The translations under genes and the position numbers were made by a program. The notes below the pieces were generated by a model, which had not been told where the DNA came from, made no database searches, and saw only the letters and a list, made by a program, of their open reading frames with translations. From contig CACNCV010000001.1 of the NCBI GenBank assembly GCA_902619105.1, positions 402,706 to 466,705 of the forward strand: DNA of 64,000 nucleotides, written 5' to 3'. This DNA comes from an uncultured Pelagibacteraceae bacterium. Lineage in GTDB: Bacteria; Pseudomonadota; Alphaproteobacteria; Pelagibacterales; AG-422-B15. Positions 31,243 through 39,652 of the stretch are shown here, piece after piece. The stretch's first letter is position 1; each line of letters starts with the position of its first letter.

Positions 31243-32847
31243 ATGAGTAAATTGTATGTGTTCATAGACAGCACTTTTATTGATTTAGGAAGGCAATTTA
31301 AATTAAGTTATTTACCGCCTCTGATGATATATGTTGCCGCTGGTGTTTCGGGTTTAACCGGAATCGTTGGTACCTTTTTTGTAAAAGACTATCTAAATCT
31401 TTCAGCTGCTTTTTTAGCAGGACTTGGTTTTTGGGCAGGAATTCCATGGGCATTAAAAATGCCACTTGGCCATTTAGTTGACCTAATCTGGGAAAGAAAA
31501 AATTATCTTGTTTATGTAGGTGCATCACTCATCGCTTTAAGTCTTGCTATCATGTTTGGGCTTATTATTCATACTGACATCATGGTAATGTACTTAAGTG
31601 TTGAAACTTGGTATGTCATTAGTGTTCTCTTAGCTCCGATAGGTTATGTGGTTCAAGACGTTGTTGCTGATGCAATGACGGTTGAAGCGGTCCCGAACAT
31701 AGATCCTAAAGGAAACCAATACTCACCTGATGTAATAAAAAATATGCATACTACAATGCAGACACTAGGTAGATTTGCTATTATTGGCGGTACAGTAATT
31801 GTTGCATTAATTAATGTTGTTATTTTCAGTAGCGTTGAGGCTGAAACAGAACAAGAAAAAATAATTTTGTACGGGAATATTTATCTCTTCGCATTGATCA
31901 TTCCGATCATATCAATATTAGGGGTATTGCTTTCAATTTATTTAAAAAAGAAAAAAAACGATCAACTTTCAAAGTTGGGAATAGATCATCAAATCGAAAT
32001 TGAAAAAACTAAGGTTGATTGGTGGATACTTGGAGGCTCTCTCGTTTTTGTAATTTTTACACTTAGCGTGGGAGGATTTAATCTTCCATATGCTCAAGAG
32101 ATCGTATTCATTGGATCAGTAAGTATAATATTTTTTCTGATGGCTAAACTAATGCGTGAACTTCCTGAGTCGATGCGATTCACAATTTTAGGAACTGCAA
32201 TTATAATATTTGTTTTCAGAGCCATGCCAGGCCCTGGCCCAGGCCTTACATGGTTTGAGATTGATAATTTAGGATTTGATGAGCAGTTCTTCTCTGTACT
32301 TTCTCTTCTTGCCTCCTGTCTAACTTTACTGGGGATAATTATTTTAAGGCCTTTTATGGTCAATAACTCAATTGCAAAAATTATAGTGATATTGTCAATT
32401 GCTGGAGCAATATTATTTTTGCCAAGTGTTGGCATGTATTATGGATTTCATGAATGGACTTCGTCATTAACAAATGATGTCGTGGATGCGCGATTTATTG
32501 CAATATTTAATACAGCTTTAGAGTCACCCTTGGGACAAGTTTCAATGATTCCACTTCTTGCGTGGATTGCAAGAAATGCTCCAGCTCATCTAAAGGCTAC
32601 ATTTTTTGCTGTATTTGCATCGTTTACCAATTTAGCTCTATCCGCAAGTGCATTGCTTACAAAGTATCTCAATCAAATTTACGAAGTAACGAGGGAAGTC
32701 AAGGATAAGGTAACAAATGAGATACTCTCAATTGCTGATTATTCTGACCTAGGTATTTTATTGATTGTTGTCACTCTGCTCACTCTTTTGGTACCAACAA
32801 TTTCTGTTATAATCATTCAGAAAACTAGTCTAAAAACGGATGAATAA
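31243..32847 (+). CDS. Polytopic membrane transporter, MFS-like (folate-biopterin transporter BT1-like)
   Basis: 534-aa ORF with about 12 or more hydrophobic segments and a central charged loop. The BT1 assignment rests on general resemblance only. Confidence 0.5.
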   Translation: MSKLYVFIDSTFIDLGRQFKLSYLPPLMIYVAAGVSGLTGIVGTFFVKDYLNLSAAFLAGLGFWAGIPWALKMPLGHLVDLIWERKNYLVYVGASLIALSLAIMFGLIIHTDIMVMYLSVETWYVISVLLAPIGYVVQDVVADAMTVEAVPNIDPKGNQYSPDVIKNMHTTMQTLGRFAIIGGTVIVALINVVIFSSVEAETEQEKIILYGNIYLFALIIPIISILGVLLSIYLKKKKNDQLSKLGIDHQIEIEKTKVDWWILGGSLVFVIFTLSVGGFNLPYAQEIVFIGSVSIIFFLMAKLMRELPESMRFTILGTAIIIFVFRAMPGPGPGLTWFEIDNLGFDEQFFSVLSLLASCLTLLGIIILRPFMVNNSIAKIIVILSIAGAILFLPSVGMYYGFHEWTSSLTNDVVDARFIAIFNTALESPLGQVSMIPLLAWIARNAPAHLKATFFAVFASFTNLALSASALLTKYLNQIYEVTREVKDKVTNEILSIADYSDLGILLIVVTLLTLLVPTISVIIIQKTSLKTDE

Positions 32848-32850
32848 TTA

Positions 32851-33018
32851 ATGAAAAATGTATTACAGATCCTTGGTGTTTTTTTTGTAGGCGCCCTAAT
32901 AGGTTTTATTTTATTAAGCTTTGGTCTGTCAGTAGATATTTCAATGATGACAGGTACGGTTGTAATTCTTGTACTGGCTTACCTTGTTACCAAACAAAAC
33001 AATAAGGAAAGAAAATAA
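32851..33018 (+). CDS. Small hydrophobic protein (55 aa, two predicted TM helices), absent from the ORF track
   Basis: Hand translation gives MKNVLQILGVFFVGALIGFILLSFGLSVDISMMTGTVVILVLAYLVTKQNNKERK. It starts 3 nt after the transporter stop, and its TAA shares one base with the ATG of the next gene (TAATG). It exactly fills an otherwise empty 170-nt gap. Confidence 0.4.
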   Translation: MKNVLQILGVFFVGALIGFILLSFGLSVDISMMTGTVVILVLAYLVTKQNNKERK

Positions 33019-33872
33019 TGGTTCAAATTCCAAGCGATCAAATAAAATCTAGAGAAATACTTAATTGGAAGGGTTTGCATTTATTTCATTTTAGAACTTC
33101 ATCATGTTCGCAAAAACTTAGGATCTATTTAAACTTAAAAAAAATTTCATGGACACCTCACAGCATTAATCTTGCTACAGGAAAAAACTATTCGGAATTC
33201 TTTCTAGGTATCAATCCAAAAGGATTGGTTCCTGTTCTCGTGGATGATGGTCGTGTAGAAATTGAGAGCAATGATATTCTCATGTATCTCGAAGATAAAT
33301 TTCCTGAAAACCCACTTGTTCCTGACTCGGATACAACAGAAATTGGCACGTTACTGAAAGAAGAAGACGATTTGCATGAGGATATAAGAAATATTGCTTA
33401 TCGATATATGTTTGGTGGACTCGGCAAAAAAGACCCTAATGAACTAGATGCCTTTGAAAAATATAAATCATCTAATAGTGAGCTGGACTATCTAAAATTA
33501 AAAGAAGTAAAGTTTTATAAGTCATTTCGTGAAAATGGAATAACTGATGAAGCAGTTAAAAACTCACTCAATAATTTTTGTAAATGTTATGATAAATACG
33601 AATCCCTATTAAATAAGCAAAAATACTTAATGGGCAATAATCTTTCAATGCTTGATCTTGCTTGGTTTATTTATACATATAGGCTTTATGTCTCAGGATT
33701 TCCATTTAAAGACCGTTACACAAAAATATCTGAATGGTTTCTTGATCTTTATTCTCGAAAAGAATTTTTTAAAGAGGTTAATGATCCGTTGCCTCTAAAG
33801 CTAATTAGGCTTTACGCTAAGACATCAACATCTTTGAGTGGAAAGTCAATTAAAGCTCTGCTTTCAAAATAA
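33018..33872 (+). CDS. Glutathione S-transferase family protein (zeta-like N-terminal motif)
   Basis: 284-aa ORF with a thioredoxin-like N-domain. SSCSQKLRIYL resembles the zeta-class SSCxWRVRIAL motif, and there is a GLVPVL...ESNDILMYLE glutathione-binding region. Confidence 0.7.
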   Translation: MVQIPSDQIKSREILNWKGLHLFHFRTSSCSQKLRIYLNLKKISWTPHSINLATGKNYSEFFLGINPKGLVPVLVDDGRVEIESNDILMYLEDKFPENPLVPDSDTTEIGTLLKEEDDLHEDIRNIAYRYMFGGLGKKDPNELDAFEKYKSSNSELDYLKLKEVKFYKSFRENGITDEAVKNSLNNFCKCYDKYESLLNKQKYLMGNNLSMLDLAWFIYTYRLYVSGFPFKDRYTKISEWFLDLYSRKEFFKEVNDPLPLKLIRLYAKTSTSLSGKSIKALLSK

Positions 33873-35194
33873 TGACTGCCCAAGACAGATCATCCATACT
33901 TGAGGGATACTATAAATCTCACTGGCCTGTTGAATGTGGTGGAAATCGACGTCAAAAGGCAACTGAGGGATCGTTAAACGCTCGTGAAAAAAAAGCTGTT
34001 GTACAAAGCATACGAAATGAACGCTGGAATGTTATGACAATTTATCGCGATAATAATGAAATTTTTTTGGGCGGTACGATGCCAAGCTTTACAGGTCCAG
34101 AACCATTTGGATGGCTTCAAAAAATTGAACCTGAGTCTTTGGAAATATTAGGGGAAACGCCAAAATTACCATGCGGTGATCACGTCTGGTGTGGCGCTAT
34201 TGCAGCACATCAAAACGGCAATATCATCAAGGTTAATGGAAACTACATGCATAGTATTTCAAAAGAATGTGAAGTGATTAAAGAGTCAAAATTACCCATT
34301 GATCAGGCGCATAACGGTTTACTAATATTATCAGATGGAACAATCGTCACTAAAGATTTACGTTTAGAAGGTCAAGGTTGTTCAACAATTACAAGATTAG
34401 ATCAAAATCTAGATGTTTTACATGAACCCATGCAATTGCCTGAAGGATCTATGGGAAGAATCGCCTCAGACAAAACAGAAGACGGTGAGTTCATTTTTAT
34501 TCCAGGTATCGAAAAAATATGGAAAATAAAAGTTCTGCCTAATGATCTAGAAGTTGCATCAGACTGGTCACCTAATTATAGGAAATCAGATGATGATCAA
34601 GGATTATCATGGGATGGTTGTATATCAGATGGATCACTCTGGCTGATGAACAACGGAGACATCGACTCATTAAGAGCGATTTATTCAACTCATCCAAATG
34701 GCAGATTTAAAACTGCACCAAAAGAATTAAGTTGGAGACGTCCTGCTCCTTGGTCATGTAAGCAAAGGCTTTATAGATTTGATTTAATGTCAGAACGATT
34801 TGAATATATCGAACCATTTGAACATCATGGAGGGGGTATTATTGCACCACCCGTAAATATTCCCGAATGTAATATCTGTGTATGCTGGGATAGTATAAAT
34901 GGTGGCATAGCAGGTATTGATACATCAAACAACTCGTTAAAAATATCGTGGAAGATTGATAGTCTTAGACCAACAATGCAACCGGTTGTATTTCCTGAAA
35001 GCAAAGAGCTAGTAATTAATAGTTTCGAAAATAATGACGATCACTTAGTGGTAATAGACCTATCTAGTGGAGAAATACTCTCAAAGGTTGCACTCAATTC
35101 ACCTCTTGCCAATGGCATGTTTTTAACACCAGGCTTAAAGAATGATATTTTTTATTGCTCAACAAGAACCTTTGCACGAGTATCTTGGAAGTAA
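33872..35194 (+). CDS. Hypothetical protein, Cys/Trp-rich, possibly beta-propeller-like
   Basis: 440-aa uninterrupted ORF with a 1-nt TAATG overlap with the GST gene. I recognise no family motif. Repeated short beta-strand-like segments suggest a repeat or propeller fold (inference). Confidence 0.6.
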   Translation: MTAQDRSSILEGYYKSHWPVECGGNRRQKATEGSLNAREKKAVVQSIRNERWNVMTIYRDNNEIFLGGTMPSFTGPEPFGWLQKIEPESLEILGETPKLPCGDHVWCGAIAAHQNGNIIKVNGNYMHSISKECEVIKESKLPIDQAHNGLLILSDGTIVTKDLRLEGQGCSTITRLDQNLDVLHEPMQLPEGSMGRIASDKTEDGEFIFIPGIEKIWKIKVLPNDLEVASDWSPNYRKSDDDQGLSWDGCISDGSLWLMNNGDIDSLRAIYSTHPNGRFKTAPKELSWRRPAPWSCKQRLYRFDLMSERFEYIEPFEHHGGGIIAPPVNIPECNICVCWDSINGGIAGIDTSNNSLKISWKIDSLRPTMQPVVFPESKELVINSFENNDDHLVVIDLSSGEILSKVALNSPLANGMFLTPGLKNDIFYCSTRTFARVSWK

Positions 35195-35275
35195 ATTTGA
35201 ACTAATATTTATTCTTTCAAAGGTAAGTATTTTAATTAGAATTTGTAAAAAAAATCAAAATATAGGAGACAAAAT

Positions 35276-35569
35276 ATGGAATTTTGTAATGCCGTGAGGT
35301 TTAAAGTTAAAGAAGGTTGTGAAGAAGAATACTTAGAAATAAACAAAAGTTTTGAAAATTTACCGGGTCAGAAAATGAGTCGTCTTTTTAAAACAGGAGA
35401 CCGTACATATTGTTTTATTGGAATTTGGGAATCTGAGGAAGCTATAGCCGCTCAAAGAGAAAATATGATTGGAAACTTGGATAAAGTTAGACACTTACTA
35501 GAGGAATTATCTCCTGAATTAGGCGTAACTGATCCTGTTTCAGGAACGGTTGTTCTTGATTATAGCTGA
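35276..35569 (+). CDS. Small dimeric alpha+beta-barrel (ABM monooxygenase-like) protein
   Basis: 97-aa ORF preceded by an AGGAGA Shine-Dalgarno. Its size and pattern (FKVKEG...F..IGIWESEEA) fit the ABM/ferredoxin-like fold. This is a weak assignment. Confidence 0.45.
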   Translation: MEFCNAVRFKVKEGCEEEYLEINKSFENLPGQKMSRLFKTGDRTYCFIGIWESEEAIAAQRENMIGNLDKVRHLLEELSPELGVTDPVSGTVVLDYS

Positions 35570-35830
35570 TAAATCAGGTTAAAATCTTTCTATGCATTTA
35601 GATTTACCAGAGCTGTTATTTGGCATACCTTTGCACTTAACACTTTTGTGTATTTCTAAATTTTACGCAAATAGATCATATGATGAAGCAGCAAGATATT
35701 TTAGTAAGGCGAGTAAAGTTTAAAAATTTACTTCCACCTGTAATTAAGCTAGTCATCAAAAGAAAATGTAATTTAAGTTTAATTGACTTAAACAAGACAA
35801 CTAGATCATCTAAAACATATCATTAATAAT

Positions 35831-36619
35831 ATGAGCTTAACCGACGAAGGACATTACGGCCCCAAACAACTAAACATGCTCAAAACTGTCTGGGGTGAGG
35901 GTTTTCTATCACCTGGTGGGACAGAAGAAATTGATCAGATTTTAAAAGGATTAAATCTAAAAGATAAAAAAGTTCTAGATATTGGATGTGGAACAGGTGG
36001 TGCAGTTTTTCATATGATCGAAAAATATGGTGCAAAAGAAGTTATTGGAATAGATCCAGAACCGTTAGTAATTGAAACAGCAAATAATTTAGCGTTAAAG
36101 AAAAATTTATCTGATAAAGCAAAATTTATTTGTACAAAGCCTGGAGAATATAAATTTGAAGATAAAAGTTTTGAGGCAGTATTTAGTAAAGAAGCATTTT
36201 TACATATTATCGATAAAAAAAACTTGCTCAAAGAGATAAACGAGATCTTAGCTGACAATGGTATTCTTGCGGTTGGTGATTGGATGAGAAATGATGACAA
36301 CGAACCATCAGAGCAGATGAAAGAATATATTGCCGCAGAAGGCCTCGATATGTTTATGTGCTCATTAGAAAAGTACGAAAGTCTTTTAAAAGAAACAGGA
36401 TTTGAAGTTCTCTCACTAAATGATCGTAATAAATGGTATCTCGAAAAAGTTAAGACAGAAATATCAGATATAAAAGGGCCACTTTATGATGATGTTGTAA
36501 ATCTAATAGGAAAAGAAGAGGCAGACGGTGCACTTGAAATTTGGAAAAAACTTCTTGGCGTTGTGGAAATAGGGGAACATCGCCCTGGTAATTTTCAAGC
36601 TGTAAAAATTTCAACCTAA
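35831..36619 (+). CDS. Class I SAM-dependent methyltransferase (phosphoethanolamine N-methyltransferase-like)
   Basis: 262-aa ORF with WGEGFLSPGG followed by SAM motif I VLDIGCGTGG and motif post-I/II. Confidence 0.75.
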   Translation: MSLTDEGHYGPKQLNMLKTVWGEGFLSPGGTEEIDQILKGLNLKDKKVLDIGCGTGGAVFHMIEKYGAKEVIGIDPEPLVIETANNLALKKNLSDKAKFICTKPGEYKFEDKSFEAVFSKEAFLHIIDKKNLLKEINEILADNGILAVGDWMRNDDNEPSEQMKEYIAAEGLDMFMCSLEKYESLLKETGFEVLSLNDRNKWYLEKVKTEISDIKGPLYDDVVNLIGKEEADGALEIWKKLLGVVEIGEHRPGNFQAVKIST

Positions 36620-36620
36620 A

Positions 36621-36860
36621 ATGGACAATAAACTATCGCAGTCAGACATCGATCGCGTTATAGAAATGGCCTGGGAAGATAGAACAACTTTCGCTGATAT
36701 TAGGAAACAATTTGGAATACAAGAGAAAGAAGTTATTAAATTAATGAAAGAGAATATGAAAAGGTCCTCTTTTTTAATGTGGAGAAAGCGAGTAAGGGGA
36801 AGAAAAACTAAAATTAGTCCAATTTCAGATCGATTTAAATCATCTAATCAGAAATCATAG
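36621..36860 (+). CDS. TIGR03643/DUF2805-like small protein
   Basis: 79-aa ORF. IDRVIEMAWEDRTTFADIRKQFG...VIKLMK...F..WRKRV matches my recollection of this roughly 80-aa family. Confidence 0.55.
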   Translation: MDNKLSQSDIDRVIEMAWEDRTTFADIRKQFGIQEKEVIKLMKENMKRSSFLMWRKRVRGRKTKISPISDRFKSSNQKS

Positions 36861-36862
36861 TA

Positions 36863-37234
36863 ATGAGTAATATAAAAAATATATCTGCAGAAAATTGTTA
36901 TAGCACAATTAAAGAAAATAAAGATGCATATCTAGTTGATGTACGCACACCTTACGAATGGGAAACATTTGGAAGAGTGGATGAAGACTCTTTTGATGCT
37001 CGATATATAGAATTAACACTAATTAATGAAGAAGGTGATGAAAACACTAGTTTTTTGGATCAATTCAATTCTTATGGAATTTTAAAAAATTCAGAAATTT
37101 ACTTTATTTGTAAGTCAGGAGCAAGGTCCATGCATGCTGCTTTAATATTAGAGTCAAATGGTTATCAAAATCTTTACAATGTTGAGGATGGATTTGTTAT
37201 TGGTTGGAAACCAAGTGGCTTGCCGTCAAAATAA
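36863..37234 (+). CDS. Rhodanese-domain sulfurtransferase
   Basis: 123-aa ORF with the active-site loop CKSGARS and a LVDVRTPYEW opening. Confidence 0.8.
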   Translation: MSNIKNISAENCYSTIKENKDAYLVDVRTPYEWETFGRVDEDSFDARYIELTLINEEGDENTSFLDQFNSYGILKNSEIYFICKSGARSMHAALILESNGYQNLYNVEDGFVIGWKPSGLPSK

Positions 37235-37244
37235 TTTCAAAGAA

Positions 37245-37856
37245 TTAATCAGAAACAGTAATAATCTTATCGATTAATTTCTCAATATCATTATCGTTAT
37301 TTGCTAGAAATGACTGAAACTCTTCTCTTTGTGCAATTACAAGACTGATACCTTCAATATTCAGATCAATTATCTTTATATCACCGTCTCTATTAATCAG
37401 TCTCCACTTTAAATTTATTTTTAAAGTATCAGTTCCTTCTCGTACAATATTACTTTCAACAATTACGTATTTTCCTGCAGCTTCAGACCCAACAATTTGA
37501 ACTTGCTCTCCAGAGTACTGATCAAGCTTATTTGCATAGGAGTTGATAAAATAATCTTTAAATGCAATCAAATATCTTTCTTTTTGTTCATCTGTTGAAT
37601 TTTTCCACGTTTTAGAGAGTACGAATTTTGAAATTAAATTTAGGTCAATTGCATTCATTACCACATTGGTGAAACGAGACGTTTTATCATTTTCGCTAAT
37701 ACCCTCGTCACTCAAAATCTCAATCGCTTGGTCTGCAAAGTTTGACACAAACTTCTCTTCTTGAGCAAACTCTGAGCTTTGGGCGTAAGTTGCGAAAGAA
37801 AGCAACAAAATTAAAATCCAGCTATAATTTTTTATTTTAATCATAAATAATTTCAA
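37245..37856 (-). CDS. mlaC: MlaC/Ttg2D-family phospholipid-binding periplasmic protein
   Basis: 203-aa ORF with a signal peptide and Ttg2D-like sequence. It lies immediately downstream of and overlaps mlaA. Confidence 0.7.
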   Translation of the reverse strand: MKLFMIKIKNYSWILILLLSFATYAQSSEFAQEEKFVSNFADQAIEILSDEGISENDKTSRFTNVVMNAIDLNLISKFVLSKTWKNSTDEQKERYLIAFKDYFINSYANKLDQYSGEQVQIVGSEAAGKYVIVESNIVREGTDTLKINLKWRLINRDGDIKIIDLNIEGISLVIAQREEFQSFLANNDNDIEKLIDKIITVSD

Positions 37857-38658
37857 TATCCGGTCCTACATAACTTTCATCGATATCAAAGTCATCAAAA
37901 ATATCATTTTCTTGATTTTGCGTATTGCTTTCTAAGTTATTTGAGGCCTGACTTTCTCTTCCTTGCGAATAAAAGCTTCTTACTGCTGCATAGTAATCAA
38001 TTGAATTGTTTTGTAGATCATCAAGAATTTCTATGTTTTGAGATCTAAAATCAACTGCGCCAGTGCCCATTCTGTAAGTTCTTAGAGAGTCAGGAGCAGA
38101 CCCACCTCCCACTTGATACATTGGATCTAGCAGTGAGGTTGATAACATGCCTGCAAAGTCTCTTGGTGTGGAGGGTCCTAAGAAAGGTAAAACTAAGTAC
38201 GGACCAGACTCAACACCCCATACACTCAAAGTCTGTCCAAAGTCTTCATTTTCGGATACAAGACCCATACTTGCTGCTGGGTCAAAGAAACCGAGTATTC
38301 CAACAGTTGAGTTAATAATAAATCGAGATGTTGATACTCCAGCTTTTCTTAGCTCGCCTTGCAATACATTGTTCACAGCTGTGATTGGCATACCTAAATT
38401 ATTTAATGAATATGTAACTCTGTTTCGAACAAACTCTGGAACAATGGCTCTGTAGGTAATAGCGATAGGCCTTAAGATGAGTTTGTCAAAAATAATATTA
38501 AATTGAAAGACTGCACGATTTACTTTTTCAAGTGGGTCATTTACGCTAACTATTTCAGTTTCAGAATTGTTATAGTTCACCGAAGCTTCTTTTGAAGCAC
38601 ATCCTTGTAATACAAGAACAGAACTAAGAAATAAAACTATTAATATTCTATATTTCAT
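37837..38658 (-). CDS. mlaA: MlaA/VacJ-family outer-membrane lipoprotein
   Basis: 273-aa ORF with lipobox LQGCAS and the family motif NDPLEKVNRAVFQFN. Confidence 0.8.
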   Translation of the reverse strand: MKYRILIVLFLSSVLVLQGCASKEASVNYNNSETEIVSVNDPLEKVNRAVFQFNIIFDKLILRPIAITYRAIVPEFVRNRVTYSLNNLGMPITAVNNVLQGELRKAGVSTSRFIINSTVGILGFFDPAASMGLVSENEDFGQTLSVWGVESGPYLVLPFLGPSTPRDFAGMLSTSLLDPMYQVGGGSAPDSLRTYRMGTGAVDFRSQNIEILDDLQNNSIDYYAAVRSFYSQGRESQASNNLESNTQNQENDIFDDFDIDESYVGPDIEIIYD

Positions 38659-38752
38659 TGAAATAATGCTATTCTATATGAATTTTCTAATCAAATTAAT
38701 ATTTTAGTGTAATCGTATTATAGTTAAAAAATGATAGAGAAATGAGCCAGTA

Positions 38753-39652
38753 TTGAGAACAATTGACATATTCATTGTATTATCCATTAATCTTGCGTGG
38801 GGACTGGCATTTATTTCTGCAAAAATCGGTGTAAATGAATTTCCACCATTTTTATTTACAACAATGAGATTTCTAATCATTGCAGTTTTACTCATACCCT
38901 TTTTGAAAATTCACCGCGGCCAAATGACTAATATTTTAATTATTTCTATATTAGGAGGAGGCATTCATTTTGCATTTTTCTATCTTGCTCTCGATAATTC
39001 TAGATTTATTTCATCTGTAGCTGTGGTTCTTCAATTAGGTGTACCATTTGCAACTATATTATCCGTTATATTTTTAGGTGAGGTAATTAAGTGGAGGCGT
39101 ATTCTTGGAATAGCACTTGCATTTGGGGGAGTTATTATTTTGATTTTTGAGCCTACAATATTTTCTGATCTTGGAGGTGTTTATTATGCATTATTAGCAG
39201 CTTTATCTATTGCTATCAGCCTACTTTTTATGAAGAAGTTAAAAGATGTTAAAGTATTTGATCTGCAAGCTTGGATTGCTTTTATAAGCTTTTTATTCTT
39301 GGCAACGATTTCATTTTTCGTTGAGGAAAATCAATTAGATTTGATTTTAAATGCATCCATAATTGGCTGGGGAGCTATATTATTTACAGCATTTGCTGCA
39401 ACAGCTATCGGCCATGCAGGTTTTTATTACTTAATAACAAAATATGAATTATCAAAAATTACACCTCTAACTCTCCTTGCTCCGGTACTTGCCATAATAA
39501 ATGCACTGATTATTTCTTATTTTTCTCTTTATGAAGGATTTAATGAAGTGCTTACATTTAAAATCATCTTTGGCGCAACCATGTCATTCACAGGTGTTGC
39601 TATTGTAATGATGAGAGAACCAGAAGAGGAAAAGGTATCGAGTTCACCATGA
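38753..39652 (+). CDS. EamA/DMT-superfamily transporter
   Basis: 299-aa ORF with a TTG start, 10 hydrophobic segments and two EamA repeats. Confidence 0.8.
   Translation: MRTIDIFIVLSINLAWGLAFISAKIGVNEFPPFLFTTMRFLIIAVLLIPFLKIHRGQMTNILIISILGGGIHFAFFYLALDNSRFISSVAVVLQLGVPFATILSVIFLGEVIKWRRILGIALAFGGVIILIFEPTIFSDLGGVYYALLAALSIAISLLFMKKLKDVKVFDLQAWIAFISFLFLATISFFVEENQLDLILNASIIGWGAILFTAFAATAIGHAGFYYLITKYELSKITPLTLLAPVLAIINALIISYFSLYEGFNEVLTFKIIFGATMSFTGVAIVMMREPEEEKVSSSP

Noticed and set aside
35592-35723. 43-codon ORF in the long spacer
   Set aside because: It has no convincing Shine-Dalgarno, no recognisable family, and is too short to support on its own. I kept it only as a possible gene remnant within the spacer finding.
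26759-37234. Integrative genomic island or prophage at the tRNA
   Set aside because: There is no integrase, recombinase, transposase or phage gene. I found no downstream direct repeat of the tRNA 3' end; the only other GGGCCCA-like string, near 62150, is inside ligA. I therefore treat it only as a possible flexible region.
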